From positions 372,001 to 436,000 of the forward strand of contig OZ218958.1 of the NCBI GenBank assembly GCA_965112735.1: a stretch of 64,000 nucleotides of DNA, read 5' to 3'. Positions 37,035-49,386 of the stretch are shown piece by piece. A model generated the notes under the pieces. The model was not told the DNA's origin. It ran no database searches and saw nothing but the letters and a program-made list of their open reading frames with translations. Made by a program: the position numbers and the translations under genes. Each line of letters starts with the position of its first letter. Within the stretch, counting starts at the first letter, position 1. This DNA comes from Phaeosaccion multiseriatum. Its lineage: Eukaryota > Protista > Ochrophyta, other classes.

Positions 37035-38853
37035 AGCACGGTGCTCACCTGCCGCGCTGGACTTTTGCGCAGACCTCAGCAGCACGGAGAGGCGGTCGTT
37101 CTCCTCCGCAGGGGGCAGGTACCGCTCCATGTACTCCTTCACCGCCACCTGCAGCAGCAGGTGATGGGCACACGCGCACACACACACGACACACACATAC
37201 GCCGGCGGTAGGCACAGTAGGAAGGAACAGCAGGAATGGCAGCATAAGGGGCGATGCTCACTGGTGGGGAGTAGAGGCGGAGTGCACGGGGCACGGCTGG
37301 AGCGGAGGAGGTGGCCCGCCTCAAAGGAAGCGATCGCAGGGCACACAATCGCGTCGGTCCATCCCGTGCGTGTAGCGCACACGCTTGACTCTCCTTAAGA
37401 CCAACCCGAGACAAAAAACCAAGCATCCGCAGCATGGGCAGAAAGGAGGTACCACCCCTTCTGTGGGAAGTCCTCTTCGTCACTCCATGCCTCGCTCCTG
37501 CCTCCCCGCCCGCCCTCCCATCTCTCGCCCAACGCACGCACCGCCACGCAGTACTTGGGCACAGTCTTCATGACTCCAGCGCTGGTCCCGTGCCATAGAC
37601 CTGACCAGCCGCTGCGGCGGTAGATGGCTCGCGCGGCCTCCACCGCGTTGGAGTACTCGCTCTTGGGGTCCTGGATAGTTATGCTGTACCCAACCACAAC
37701 CAGACCGGCAAGCAAGCGAGTTCCACACGCACCCAGTACGCACACACCGCAGGGGACAGAGAGCGAGACAGCGCGGTGACGTGCAGTATGTGGGGGTGGT
37801 AGTGGAAAATGTCAGTGTGTGCGGGAGCGAGGCCATACGGACGGGTTAGCGGCTGTCGGAGACTTTGGTGGACATGGGGGACGGCTGTGGGGGGGGGGCT
37901 TGACGAGTACGCACACGATCACACATGCACACACACACACGCACACGCACACGCAGAGTTCCTCTTGCTCGCAACCACTGCACAACCATCGGCCCACCCA
38001 CACGCACACACACACACGCGCACCTGGAGCGAATGATCGGCTGATTGACAAGCTGAACGATTGTGCTCGTGACAAGAGGGGGAAAAGCCATGAGCGCCGC
38101 CTCGTTCTTCACGCCTTTCCTCTGCAGCACACACACGCGCAGGACACAGGTTCGAAGAGAGGAAAGGGAGGGGAGTGGGCGTGAGACAAAAAGCGAGGGT
38201 CGATGAGGGCAGCGAGCCGGCACCTTCTTGTGCCCCCTGTGTACCACACCATCCTGTCTGTGCCGAGGCGTTTCAATGCACTCGCTGGGGTGGCGAGCTC
38301 GGCCAAAGGTAAACATTCGTTTCACGGCGACCCTCAGCACACTGGCACACACACTCACCTCCATAAAAACCTTCCCCCTCTCCGAGCCGTAGAAGATGAA
38401 GGCTCTGGCCCAGGTCATACCGAATATCACGGCCCCCATGCCCTTATAAGGAGGCTTTACGGCCTCAATGTACTGTGGACACAGCAACAGAGGAGCGGAA
38501 AGTTGAGAGAAAGCCCGTCTAGTTGAGAGGCCATTGAGAACAACCCCTACACCCACCTTTGTCAAGACTCCCCCTTTCAGGCCCTTGTCGAAACCAGACT
38601 GGCCAATGGCGGAAGCTTTCCACAAGGGAAAGTTGATGACAGCCGCAAGAGCTGCAGCCGTCAGGTGACAGAGAGGGAAATCCCCCTTGGCCTGCACAAC
38701 GCCTTGCTTCCTGCTGCCGCTGCTGCTGCCGCTGCTGCTGCCGCTGCTGCTGCTGCTGCTGCTATTGCTCACGGCAATCGGGGAAGCAGCAGCAGCAACA
38801 CCCGAGACCATCGGGGCCGCATCAGCCGCGGACTTGGTTCCCCCCTCCTCCAT
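36125..38853 (-). CDS. Mitochondrial carrier family (SLC25) protein, about 7 exons
   Basis: Carrier-type helices INFPLWKAS, VNQPIIRS and LTNPLDVIRNEM; GWSGLWHGTSAGVMKTVPK; FIMRGMYKN; GT-AG introns; stop TAG at 36127-36125. Confidence 0.88.
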
Positions 38854-39187
38854 TATTGCTCCAAGATTCTCTATACGTTCTCCCTTCTCGCTGCTCTCTC
38901 CACCGCCGCGACTACTCTTGGCAAAGAGTCAGGCAGCCATGCTGCCGGCCAGCTGCTTCGAAGTACAAAGCAAGAGAGAGAGAGAAAGTGGTTTCCGAGT
39001 GGACCCTTTTGTAAACACGTACCACCAAAGCCTTCGTTCCTCTATACAAGCGACCCAGTCTGTGTGCAGTTCCGAGTTCCTTCGCTGTGCAGAAAACGAG
39101 AGGTGATTGGCGGGAGGCCGGAGAGCTCAGGAGGGGAGACGGAGAGGAACTTCAAGGAGGGGGGGAGAGAAAGTAAAGGGGAAAGAG

Positions 39188-41034
39188 ATGGAGGGGGGAA
39201 AGAGACGAGCAGCAGCGCAAAACATTCCCTCTTCTAGTGCTTCCATGAGGCACTCAGGGGGGGGCGCTACTGAGGTAGCAGACTGGGATGGAGTGAAGGT
39301 GCTGACCCTCATTGTTGCAAACGTGGGTTCCGTCAAGAGTCTGTGGGGCTTGTGCAGAGAGGTGGATGCAGTCGTGGGGAGGCGACTCCGTCTAAACTGC
39401 CGTATGCCTAAAGCGGTTCAGCAGAGAATACTGAAGATGCTCGAGCACCAGCAGCGGCTTGAGCTTGAGCCATCTGGGGGAGGAGGAGCATCCTCTGCTG
39501 CTGGGGATGGACAAAGACCACGCGTCCAGGAGGCGCGGCGGCGGGCCCAGCAGTGTGGAGAGGGAGGAGGGGAGGTTCCCAGCAAAAGGCATTTTCGGGT
39601 CAGCGCTGTCACACTGGGTGGCAACAAGTATTCCTATCGTCCTTGTGGTGATGATTTACGGGCGGACATTGCCCTTGTCCTTGAAGGGCTGAGAGTGCTC
39701 CCTCCCTCGGTGAAGCACGTTCGCTTGGGAGATGGTTTCAGCTGTCGTGACCTGCGTCTTCCTGACGGGCTGGAGAGTGTACATTTTGGACAAGAGTTTT
39801 CCGGAGATGTCAAGCTTCCGCACACCTTGAGGGAGTTGAGCTTTGATCCTCAGCAGCCCGTATACAATCGTCCTTTGGACCTCCCCCCATCGCTGCGAAA
39901 GATCACGCTTGGGCGCTGCTTTAGCCATGACGTGACTCTTCCCAGCTCTCTGGAAGAGCTAAAGTTCGGCTGGCGGTCTTCCTTCAATCATCCGTTAACC
40001 CTGCCTGCCTCTCTTCGGACTCTGCACCTGGGAGAGAAATACAGTCTGCCCCTATCGGATCTGCCGGACGGGCTGACGGAGCTGAAATTTTCCGAGTTGT
40101 CGAGCTTTAATCATCCGTTGATCCTGCCTGCTTCTCTTCGGACTCTGCACCTGGGACTGTACTACGGGCTTTCCCTATCGGATCTGCCGGACGGGCTGAA
40201 GGAGCTGACCTTTCCCACTGACTCGTGGTTTAATCATCCGTTGATCCTTCCTCCCTCTCTTCGGACTCTGCAGCTGGGGAGGGATTTCGCGCAGCCTTTG
40301 TCGCGACTCCGGGATGGACTTGTGGAGCTCAAGTTCAGCTATTCGTCTTCCTTCAACCATCCGTTAACCCTGCCTGCCTCTCTTCGGACTCTGCACCTGG
40401 GAGAGAACTACACGCTGCCCCTATCGGATCTGCCGGACGGGCTGACGGAGCTGAAATTTCGCGCTTTGTCAAGCTTTAATCATCCGCTGGTGATCCTTCC
40501 TTCCTCTCTTCGGACTCTGGAGCTGGGGAGGGATTTCACGCAGCCGTTGTCGCGACTCCGGGATGGACTTGTGGAGCTCAAGTTCGGCTATGTGTCTTCC
40601 TTCAATCATCCGTTAACCCTGCCTCCCTCTCTTCGGACTCTGCACCTGGGACGGCACTACACGCTGCCCCTATCGGATCTGCCGGACGGGCTCAAGGAGC
40701 TGGTATTTTCCGTTTACTCGAGGTTCAATCATGCGTTATCCCTGCCTGCCTCTCTTCGGACTCTGCACCTGGGAGTGTACTACACACTGCCCCTATCGGA
40801 TCTGCCGGACGGGCTGACGGAGCTGAAATTTCGCGCCTTCTCCAAGTTTAATCATCCGTTGATCCTACCTGCCTCTCTTCGGACTCTGCAGCTGGGGTGG
40901 ATGTACACGCAGCCGCTAGCACATCTACCTGCTGGTCTGGAGCAACTCGTGGTTGGCAACGATGACCAGCTCCCCGCTCAGCTGCCAAGAGGCCTTGAGG
41001 TGGAGTACTACACGGAGGAGAGTGAGATTGATAT

Positions 41035-41076
<42 letters not shown>

Positions 41077-41128
41077 GGAGGAGGGGGAGGAGGAGGAGGA
41101 GGAGGAGGAGGAGGAGGAGTGTTCTTAA
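39188..41128 (+). CDS. Second intronless F-box-like/FNIP-type LRR protein with poly-D/E tail
   Basis: Open frame with eight ~41-aa double repeats FNHPLxLPASLRTLHLGxxYxLPLSDLPDGLxELKFxxxS. Caps are homologous to the 9790 gene. Start could also be ATG 39245. Confidence 0.88.
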
Positions 41129-41152
41129 GGCGACGCGGACACACTGAAGATA

Positions 41153-41830
41153 ATGAAGGAGGACGGCGGGAGGGAGGGGGAAGAGTATAAGGCCGAAGCG
41201 GATACGGTGATATTACATGACGGACGAGTTGAGGAGACGAGGTGTGTCCAGGTTGATTACGGTGACTGCAAGGACCGGCTGGTCGCACAGTTTGGACCGG
41301 CGCTTCGGAGAGATTGTGGCAAGCATGCACCTTCCGATCTGGAGAGCACTGCCCTGCAGCTGTGGGTGCAGAGGTCGGATCCGTCCATAGCCGCCGCTCT
41401 TAAGGTGTTCCGTCTAGAGAAGGACGAGACCGACTTCAAGGACACTCTCCGGCGGCTGGCCAGGGTGACGCTGGAGCAGCTGCAGGCCCCCTCCTTCTCC
41501 TCTTCCTCCCCGCGGGGAGTGCCGCTTTCAGGAGGAGGAGGAGCGGCATAAGCAGGCTACGAAGATGAGGATGAGGAGGGAGGAGGGAGGGGAGGAGGGA
41601 GGCACAGCACGATGCGTGGACATGACGTCTGCGGCCCGGAAGAGCTTGTTCCAGACGCTCGTGGCGGAGCGGACTGGGTGAAGAAAGCCATTGTGCCCTC
41701 TCCGGCGGCGGGGGCGGCTCTGCTGGCCCATGTTCGACGCTCGCGACTCGAGGGTCATGGATGCGCTGCACAGCTGCGAGGAGAGCGCGGACATGGAGGC
41801 AGTTGGTGGTGGACCTGCACACTGTGCTGG
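41153..41830 (+). other. Coding-like fragment of unknown family
   Basis: Two similar helical segments (SDPSIAAALKVFRLEKDETDFKDTLRRL; RDSRVMDALHSCEESADME) in shifted frames. Confidence 0.3.
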
Positions 41831-42108
41831 GGGCCGTGCAGCAGTAGCTCTGTAGGTCAGAGGAGAGGTGGGCACTGTAACCTCTGGTCGGCCCCTGACA
41901 AGGTTCTGAGACAGGCCAGCCCAGAACCTGCTCTCCGGACCGTTTGTACCTAGCTACAGTAGGGGTGACTGAGGGAGTGACGGACTGATGCCCAGCCCTG
42001 CTGAGTGCCCATCGTGTGTGTTTGGCTGGGACCGCAAAATGGCGTACGTGTCATGTACATTTTATAATGGAGAGTTCAGACTTCTTTCGCGCGCGCCAAC
42101 CTACTAGC

Positions 42109-45100
42109 CTACTTCCCTTCACGGCACGTCGGACAAAACCAATCCCCCTCAGGTACCTCAGTGAGAGGAGGCGTCAGACACCCGAGGTGATACTCTCCAC
42201 CACACGCGTCAGTATCACATAGCAGCATGTGTGACGCTCCTCTGTGACGTCCTGCCTGTACACCACACACATTGTCCCTCCACTCATCTTCTTGCCGATG
42301 CGCAAATCTCTGTAACTCACTGGCGCCCCTGTCGACCGGCCCCGGGACGATCTCGTGCTGACCATAACTCCCAGCTTGCGCTGATGAGGCAGGCGTGCTT
42401 TCTTCATCTCCTTCGTCTTCACTGTCCTCGTCCCCTTCTGATGCGACCTCCTCCTCCTCATCTGCTTGGCGTAAGCCTCGATTTTGCCTGTCGACATTCT
42501 CTTTGCTTGAGTCATTGACAATACCGACGATGCTGTCATGCACCTCCTCCGTGATGGTGAAGCGCATCAAGCGCCTTGTCAAAAGTGACTGCATGCTCGG
42601 GCTGGTGGTGGCGACATCAGCGGGGACTGACAAAGCGCTGGGGCCCTTCCCTCCCTTCTTCTTGCCCCTCTTTTCTTGCTTTCCCTTCGTCCCAACAGAG
42701 AAGCCTTCGTACAGGTAGGCCGCGTTGCCGAACGAAGTCAGCGCACCGTGAATCGCCTCCACGTTCACGCTTGCATCATGGGTGTAGGTGTATACCACGT
42801 CACCGGAGCCACGCTTTGCTTCATCCCCACCAGCGCTGCCCTTGACAAAATGTCGCACACCCGGGTGTGAAGGCTCTGCTGTCTTTCCCATCTTCACTGT
42901 CTTTCCAGCTCCTTTGTACGCTTCACGTCTTCTCTTAGCTGGACCACAAAGAAGACCTCATTGCCCGAGCCATTCACCGCCTTCATGTAGACCACATCTC
43001 CCTCTCTGTGCACTTGATCTGGGTGGCCGTGCTGCTCTGCCCCCCGCCCCCCCACCCCTGAAACTGCTAAAACCTGGCTCATAGCTACCCGGACGTGTCA
43101 TCACCCCGACTCTCAATCTTGTCGTACGCGATTGACAGAGGAAGAGAACCAACTTGGGCCTTTCCCTTGTCTGTGACCCGCGTTACGCATCATGGCCTCA
43201 TGATTCGAGCCGCCTGACGAAGTATACGCAGCTCCCGCTCTCGCGTCGCTTGCTCCGCTGGAGACAGAGAGCGTGCGTGAACTTTCCTTCTCATGTATAG
43301 ACGGGGGCAGCGACACGCCTGCTGAAATTGAGAGAGTGGTGGTGGTGGCCGCCGAACTTTTGCTGGCCGCTGGACCTGCCGTCGGTGTTGTAGACATACA
43401 TCCCTTGCCACCACCCCATCGCTTCGCCTCCTCAAGGCCGGCAATCTGTCGCCGTCGAAGCACTTGGAGCACATCTGGAACGTTGGCTGGTGTTCCCCCC
43501 ACCCCCATTGCGGTACTGCGTGAAGCTGGTCTCCACATTCAAGGTGAGCAATGCCTTGGCCATAACCTTGTCGGTCACACGTGCAGGCACTCCCTGCAGG
43601 ACAAGAGAGACCCACAGTGGCCGGTGTAGGAGGAGGGGGAGATGGGGGAAATGTCAGCGCAAGCAGAGAATTGGGGCGGAGGAAGGTAGGGAAGATAAAA
43701 AAATAGCAAGGCAGACAGGCAGTGGGCTCTTCCCCTCCGTCGTGTCGTGGCACTTGTGACTCACCTCCTCCCTCAGCCTCTTCATCAGCTTCGAAAAGGC
43801 GACTACGGCGCACTTGATTCTCTTCCTTAGCGAAGGCGAGATGACGCCCTCGGGCCCCTGAACGGATGCGAGCGACTTCCCGGTCCGCTCTGCGGCGTCC
43901 TCTGCCAGCTTTTCGACGTGGAGGTGCACAGAGGCCATCTTGGCTGCAGACTCGGTCAATGACTTGGCATTTCTGTGCATGTCCACGCCGTCAACAGCGC
44001 AGGAAGGGAGGAGCTGGTACGCCTCGGCCAGGCGCCAGAGCATTGGAAGAAGGCGCTCCGCTAGAGGGTACATGTCCGTAAGAAGCCGGAGACACTGAGT
44101 GCCACTGTCTGAGAATAGGAAGCTCTTCCCACCAAGGAAGCAGCCCCCGGTAGGTTTGAAGAGAGTGACCATTTTGGCCGTGCCGCTCCCAGTGCTCTTC
44201 TCTTGCCCGCTTTGTCGTTGCCGATGCCGCCTGCCACTACACGTACAGTCCATTGCTTTGTGGCAGCACTCTGCCACAACATCTTGACGGAGTGGTCGCC
44301 TTGATCAACCACATACATGACGTGTCTCGCATTCGCATCTTCGGACACCTCAGTCGGTGCTGCATGCAATCCACAGGGCGCCTCGCCAACGCTCTCCGTT
44401 GCGAGCCATAGATGCCCTCCACCCTCTCCCGCCCCCCCCCTCCCCCCCCTGGACTCTCCTCCAGCTCTGCTCCTCGTGCGATGCTCATTCCGCGCTTCGA
44501 CCGTATTTGCAGAATCTTCCTCCTCCTCCTCCTCCACTCTCCGCCCTCTGCCCCCCTCCCCCCCCCTCCTCCTCTTCCTCCTTCTCCTCTTCTCTCCCCT
44601 CCTTTTCTTCGTCTTGTCGGGAAGATCTGTCCAACACGAAGAAGGACCTATCCACGAGTACTGCAATGCAAGAAGCCGAAAGAGCAGTCACACCTGCCGG
44701 CTTTCCGTGAAGCGAGGCGACCAGGGTGCAAAGGGCACAAGTGGGGTCGCGCGCCCGAAAGGAGAGCTGAACGAGCCCCCCCTTACCCCCCGGCAGCCGC
44801 TGAGACACGAAAAGATCATAGTCCTTGTCCGAGCCCAAGCCAACACACACCGCAATGGGATTCCGAAGCGGCATCAAGTGCTCAACGACCTTCCCTGGGG
44901 CGTCACCTAGACTTTGCTGCACGTCTTGAGCTCTACGGCTTTCTTCTTCCTCCTTGGCACACCCGCCCCACCTTCCACATTGCTTGTCAATCCCATCCCG
45001 ACCCTCGTCAAAATCGCGCTTCTCGTGAGACCCTGTCAATGACTCCTTGACGTGAACAACGTACAACTTGTTGTCTCTGCTGCTGCAAATATACACACAG

Positions 45101-45532
45101 TCGCCTACTACTGCCACTCCGCCGGTATCCTTGAGGCGAGCATCTCGCAGGACAACTGTGCATCTGTACTTTGACCATCAACAGAATGCAGAGAATAGAG
45201 TCCACGAGAAACACCATTCCCGGCCCCGTGTGGTACCCAAGTCCCATGGGCTTGCGAAACAAGTCTTTGCTGTTTTCTCGCAACCAGCGGTCCCACTCTG
45301 GACCGATGGTGCTGACAATCGGCGCACACTTGGACCGTCGCTCTTCTTCGGACAGCAGTGATGTCGTTGCCGCATGCGTGATGAGGGCCAGCGCTGTCTC
45401 GATGGAGAACTTGTTCTGGTTCTTCACAGCCTCAAAGAGAGCGGGATAGCAGCAAGAGGGGGGCCCGTTGGTGGTACACGAGCAAGGTGTGGGCATCTGT
45501 GACCGCATCTTTATCCGCACGATTGATTCCAC
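42109..45532 (-). mobile_element. Degenerate transposon-like gene: NHL beta-propeller repeats, putative transposase C-terminal motif, C-terminal PHD finger
   Basis: NHL-like FRKPMGLGY..VFLVDS, LRNPIAVCV, MYVVDQGDHSVKML and LFKPTGGC..FLFSDSGTQCLRLL; QGPEGVIS; LLTLNVETSF; [38 protein letters not shown]. Multiple frameshifts. Confidence 0.55.
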
Positions 45533-45801
45533 GATTCGAGCGAATTATTGGAAATGTGTATCACCGGCCCCTTCACGATCTCATGGACGCCCGCACGCTT
45601 CGAATTATTGGAAATGTGTATCACGGCCTCTAGCAGCGGCACCCGGTGACTCAACACGACCGCACCACTCCTATATACTCCTATACGATGAGGTGCCCGG
45701 CGGTCCGGCTGCTGATAAGCAGTATCTTCTCTCTCATTGAGGTGACTGGAGCGTCGGTTTGTTCTTTTTAATGTGCTTGCCTTGGTGCCGAATCTCACTT
45801 T

Positions 45802-48800
45802 ATGCCCTCACACACCGGCTGAGCTTGCTTGCTGCCTGCTGTAGCTTAGTCCTGCTTGCGACTGCTGGCTGCCCGCCTACGTGAGCGAAGGAACAGCAGG
45901 CTGGCTGGCAGCGTGAGGCATTCCTTTTTAATGGAGAGATAAATGGCAGGCCCAATCTTACTCCCACGCCCTTCCGCACACTTGCCTGCCTGCTGCTCCG
46001 GGACCTCTTCAGCTCGCGTCCGCCGTTGGTGTACAACGGCTTCTCCCTGGAGCAGCAGTGGACTGTGAGGCCCTGTGCTTGGACATCAACCCCAACGAGC
46101 CGTGCTTTGAGGATGATTCTTGCGCTGGTGGCGGTGAGTTGCAGGGTTTATTGAAGACGATGAACTACTCAGTCGATGTGTATACACGCCTTTTTCGATG
46201 TTGCCTGCGCCTGCTGCGATGTATACCTGCGCCTGCCAACCTCCTTGATGTTCCTGCCTCGTGATAATATCGCCCGCCACGGCCGCCTCTTCTCCTTCTC
46301 CTCTTCCTACCCACCAAACGCCTCAGGCCTCGGGTGCAACGCCGCTGGTGTGGACCAGGAGTGCCGCTTCTGCGGTTTCGGCGATTTTGATCCGTGCCCA
46401 GGAGGCGGCTCGACTGTTCCTCCCACGCCTACTCCAGTGGCCGCCGCGCCCACTCAGGTTATTGGCGTGGCTGACTGGTGTCCTCCTCACTCAGTCCGTT
46501 TGTGCTTCCCGTCTCCCTTGCCTTACTTCCTCTCCTCTCTCCTCTCCTCACTCCTCTTGGGTCTCTGAAGGATGCTTAACCCCTCTCCCACTCCCCTGTG
46601 CTCTCCCTATGGCCCCGCCCCGACCCTTGCACCAACGACTGCCGCCCCTACAAAGGTGCCCACCCATGCACGGACCAGCGCTCCAGTCGCCAACGACGAC
46701 AGCTGCCATGAGCGTTGCGTGGCGATCCATGCCGCTAGCACTTGCGTGCTGGACCCGTCGTGCCTCGACTGTGCCAGCGACCATCAAGGGTGTAAGTAGG
46801 ACGCTTGCACCGTGTCCTCCTGTCCTTGTCTCCTCAGCTCCGGCGGAGGAAGAAGCTGCTCACCTGATCCTCCCCCCCCCCCTCCCTCCTGCCAGCCCTT
46901 TACAACACTTCCACCCTCCTCTCTCCTGCTGCTCTCGAATCGCGCCATAGGCCTCGGATGTAACGCTGCTGGTCTGGGCCAGGAGTGCCGCTTCTGCGGT
47001 TTCCAACCTTTCGATCTCTGCCCAGCGGACGACACAACAGTCCCGCCGACGCCTACTCCAGTAACCGTGACCGCCACGACAAGCGCTCCAGTCGCCCCCG
47101 ACGACAGCTGCTATGAGCGTTGCGTGGCGATCCATGCCCCTAGCACTTGCGTGCTGGACCCGTCGTGCCTCGACTGTGCCAGCGACCCTCGCTCTTGTAC
47201 GTAGCTGCATGCATGTAGACTTGTCAACCCTCTCTCTTCTGCCTTGCTCCTATGATATCCTCTCCTCGCTTCATCACCTCAGGCCGAATCTCCTTTCTCC
47301 CTCCTACTCTCCTGCTAACCGTTTACCACACTCCCCCGCTGCTGTTGAATCGCGCCATAGGCATTGGATGCAACGCTGCCGGTCTGGGCCAGGAGTGCCG
47401 CTTCTGCGGTTTCCACCCCTTTGATCCCTGTCCAGCGGACGACACGGCTCCCACAGCTGCCCCGACTGCAGCACCGACAGCTACCCGGACTGCAGCACCG
47501 ACCGCTTCTCCGACTGAAGCACCGACAGCTGCCCCGACTGAAGCACCGACAGCTGCCCGGACTGCAGCACCGACCGCTTCTCCGACTGCCGCACCGACAG
47601 CTGCCTCGACAGCTGCCCCGACTGCGGCACCGAGCGCATCCCCGACTGAAGCACCGACAGCTTCCCCGACTGCTTCCCCGACTGCAGCACCGACCGCCTC
47701 TCCGACAGCTTCCCCGACTGCGGCACCGAGCCCTTCCCCCACTGCAGCACCGAGCGCTTCCCCGATTGCAGCACCGACCGCTTCTCCGACTGCAGCACCG
47801 ACCGCTTCTCCAACTACAGCACCGACCGCTGTCCCGACTGCAGCACCGGCCGCTTCTCCGACTGCAACACCGACAGCTGCCCCGACTGCTGCACCGACCG
47901 CTTCTCCGACTGCAGCACCGACAGCTGTCACGACTGCAGCACCTCACAAGCGTGCCGGCGACGCTTGCGTCGGGGGCAGCGACTTCGGCAGCTTCCGGGC
48001 AGGCTCGTGTGACTCTCAATTATTGTGCATAAACGACGCTTGCACACCCCCGGGCGAAGTCGGCGACACTTGTGAGTTACGGGGGAACATGTTCGGCTTT
48101 GGCCCGGGCACGTGTGACCGCAGTCTGTACTGCGAAAACGACTCTTGCGTGCCGGGTGGCGCTCTCGGCGACGCTTGTAAGGGCAACCCCGTCTTAGGCA
48201 GCACCTGCAACTTCGGCGTCTGCGTTAACGGGGTTTGCAGCCTCCGGGGCCGTATCGGCGACGCTTGTGTTCCTTTCTCCTTCCGAAGCCCCATCGGCCC
48301 GGGCTCATGTGTGCATAAATTATTCTGCATGAACGAGGTGTGCACCCCGCCGGGGGAAATCGGCGACGCTTGTGATCCTGACAGCGGGAGATTCAGCGAG
48401 GGCACGTGTGACTCCAGTCTGTTGTGCGTAAACGGCTCTTGCATCCCCCCGGGCGAAATCGGCGACGCTTGTGAGGTGGATAGCAACACCATCAGCGCGG
48501 GCACGTGTGACTCTCAATTATGGTGCGTGAACGACTCTTGCAACCCACCGGGCGATATCGGCGACGCCTGTGCCTCTGGCATCTTCGGCATCTTCGACAG
48601 CACCTGCAGCTCCGACAACATCTCTACATTATTCTGCGTGAACGGGGTGTGCACCCCCCCGGGCGAAATCGGCGACGCCTGTGCCTCTGGTGTCAAGGAC
48701 AATTATGGTAAGGACAATTTAAGTAGCAGTACCTGCAGCTCCGACAACATCTCTACATTATTCTGCGTGAACGGGGTGTGCACCCCCCCGGGCGAAATCG

Positions 48801-49066
48801 GCGACGCCTGTGCCTCTGGTAGTGAAATCTTCAGCACCAGTACCTCTGATTACACCTTTTCTTATAGCTCTTACAGCGGCCCCTTCATCAGCAGCACCTG
48901 CAGCTCCGACAATTTCTCTACAGTATTATGTGTGAACGGGGTGTGCACCCCCCCGGGCGAAATCGGCGATGCTTGCGAGGTTTATAGCACTAGTTCCTCT
49001 TCTTCGTTTAGCAATACCTGCGAGGAAGGGCTCTCGTGTATGTCCGGCCAGTGCGTGGAACCGTGA
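45802..49066 (+). CDS. Secreted Cys-rich protein: signal peptide, three LGCNAAG..ECRFCGF modules, Pro/Thr/Ala stalk, ten 4-Cys (PGEIGDAC) repeats
   Basis: Exons ~45802-45880, 46013-46133, 46327-46457, ~46612-46791, 46951-47196, 47361-49066. Signal-like HRLSLLAACCSLVLLATAG. The 5' part needs two single-base corrections, and one acceptor lacks AG. Confidence 0.7.
47445..47945 (+). repeat. Coding 12-bp minisatellite (TAAP/TASP/TEAP)n, mucin-like stalk
   Basis: Seen directly in the ORF 47252-49066. Confidence 0.9.
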
Positions 49067-49386
49067 CCCAAACGGCGAGTAATGCGTAAACGAGTCATTG
49101 GATTCGCTGTCTCCGCCCTTTCCCTCCATGCCGTTCCTCCACCCTCTGTCCCCCGTATGTCGCTCCTCCCCTCTCATTTCGCTTCCGAACATGATGTGTC
49201 GTGTCTCGTTTGCTAAAGAGAAATTGCTAAAAGTTTGAAATCGTTGGTAGAAATACATGTACAAAAAAAGGCGAATATCGTGCTAATAGGTAAATTAAAA
49301 TTCCCCTACCACAACTGGCGACTACCTAGTGGATGAACAACATACAAAGAGCTTTGCCCCCCTTTATTTACACTTTTTTGGCTTCC

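Noticed and set aside
39188-41128. Endogenous giant-virus segment suggested by the F-box/FNIP and ankyrin genes
   Set aside because: No viral core genes; neighbours are intron-rich host genes and base composition matches the host. An ancient viral origin is not excluded.
45541-45624. 24-bp direct repeat (cgaattattggaaatgtgtatcac) twice with a 36-bp spacer, CRISPR-like geometry
   Set aside because: Only two repeats, no cas genes, eukaryotic context; more simply a local duplication near the end of the degenerate element
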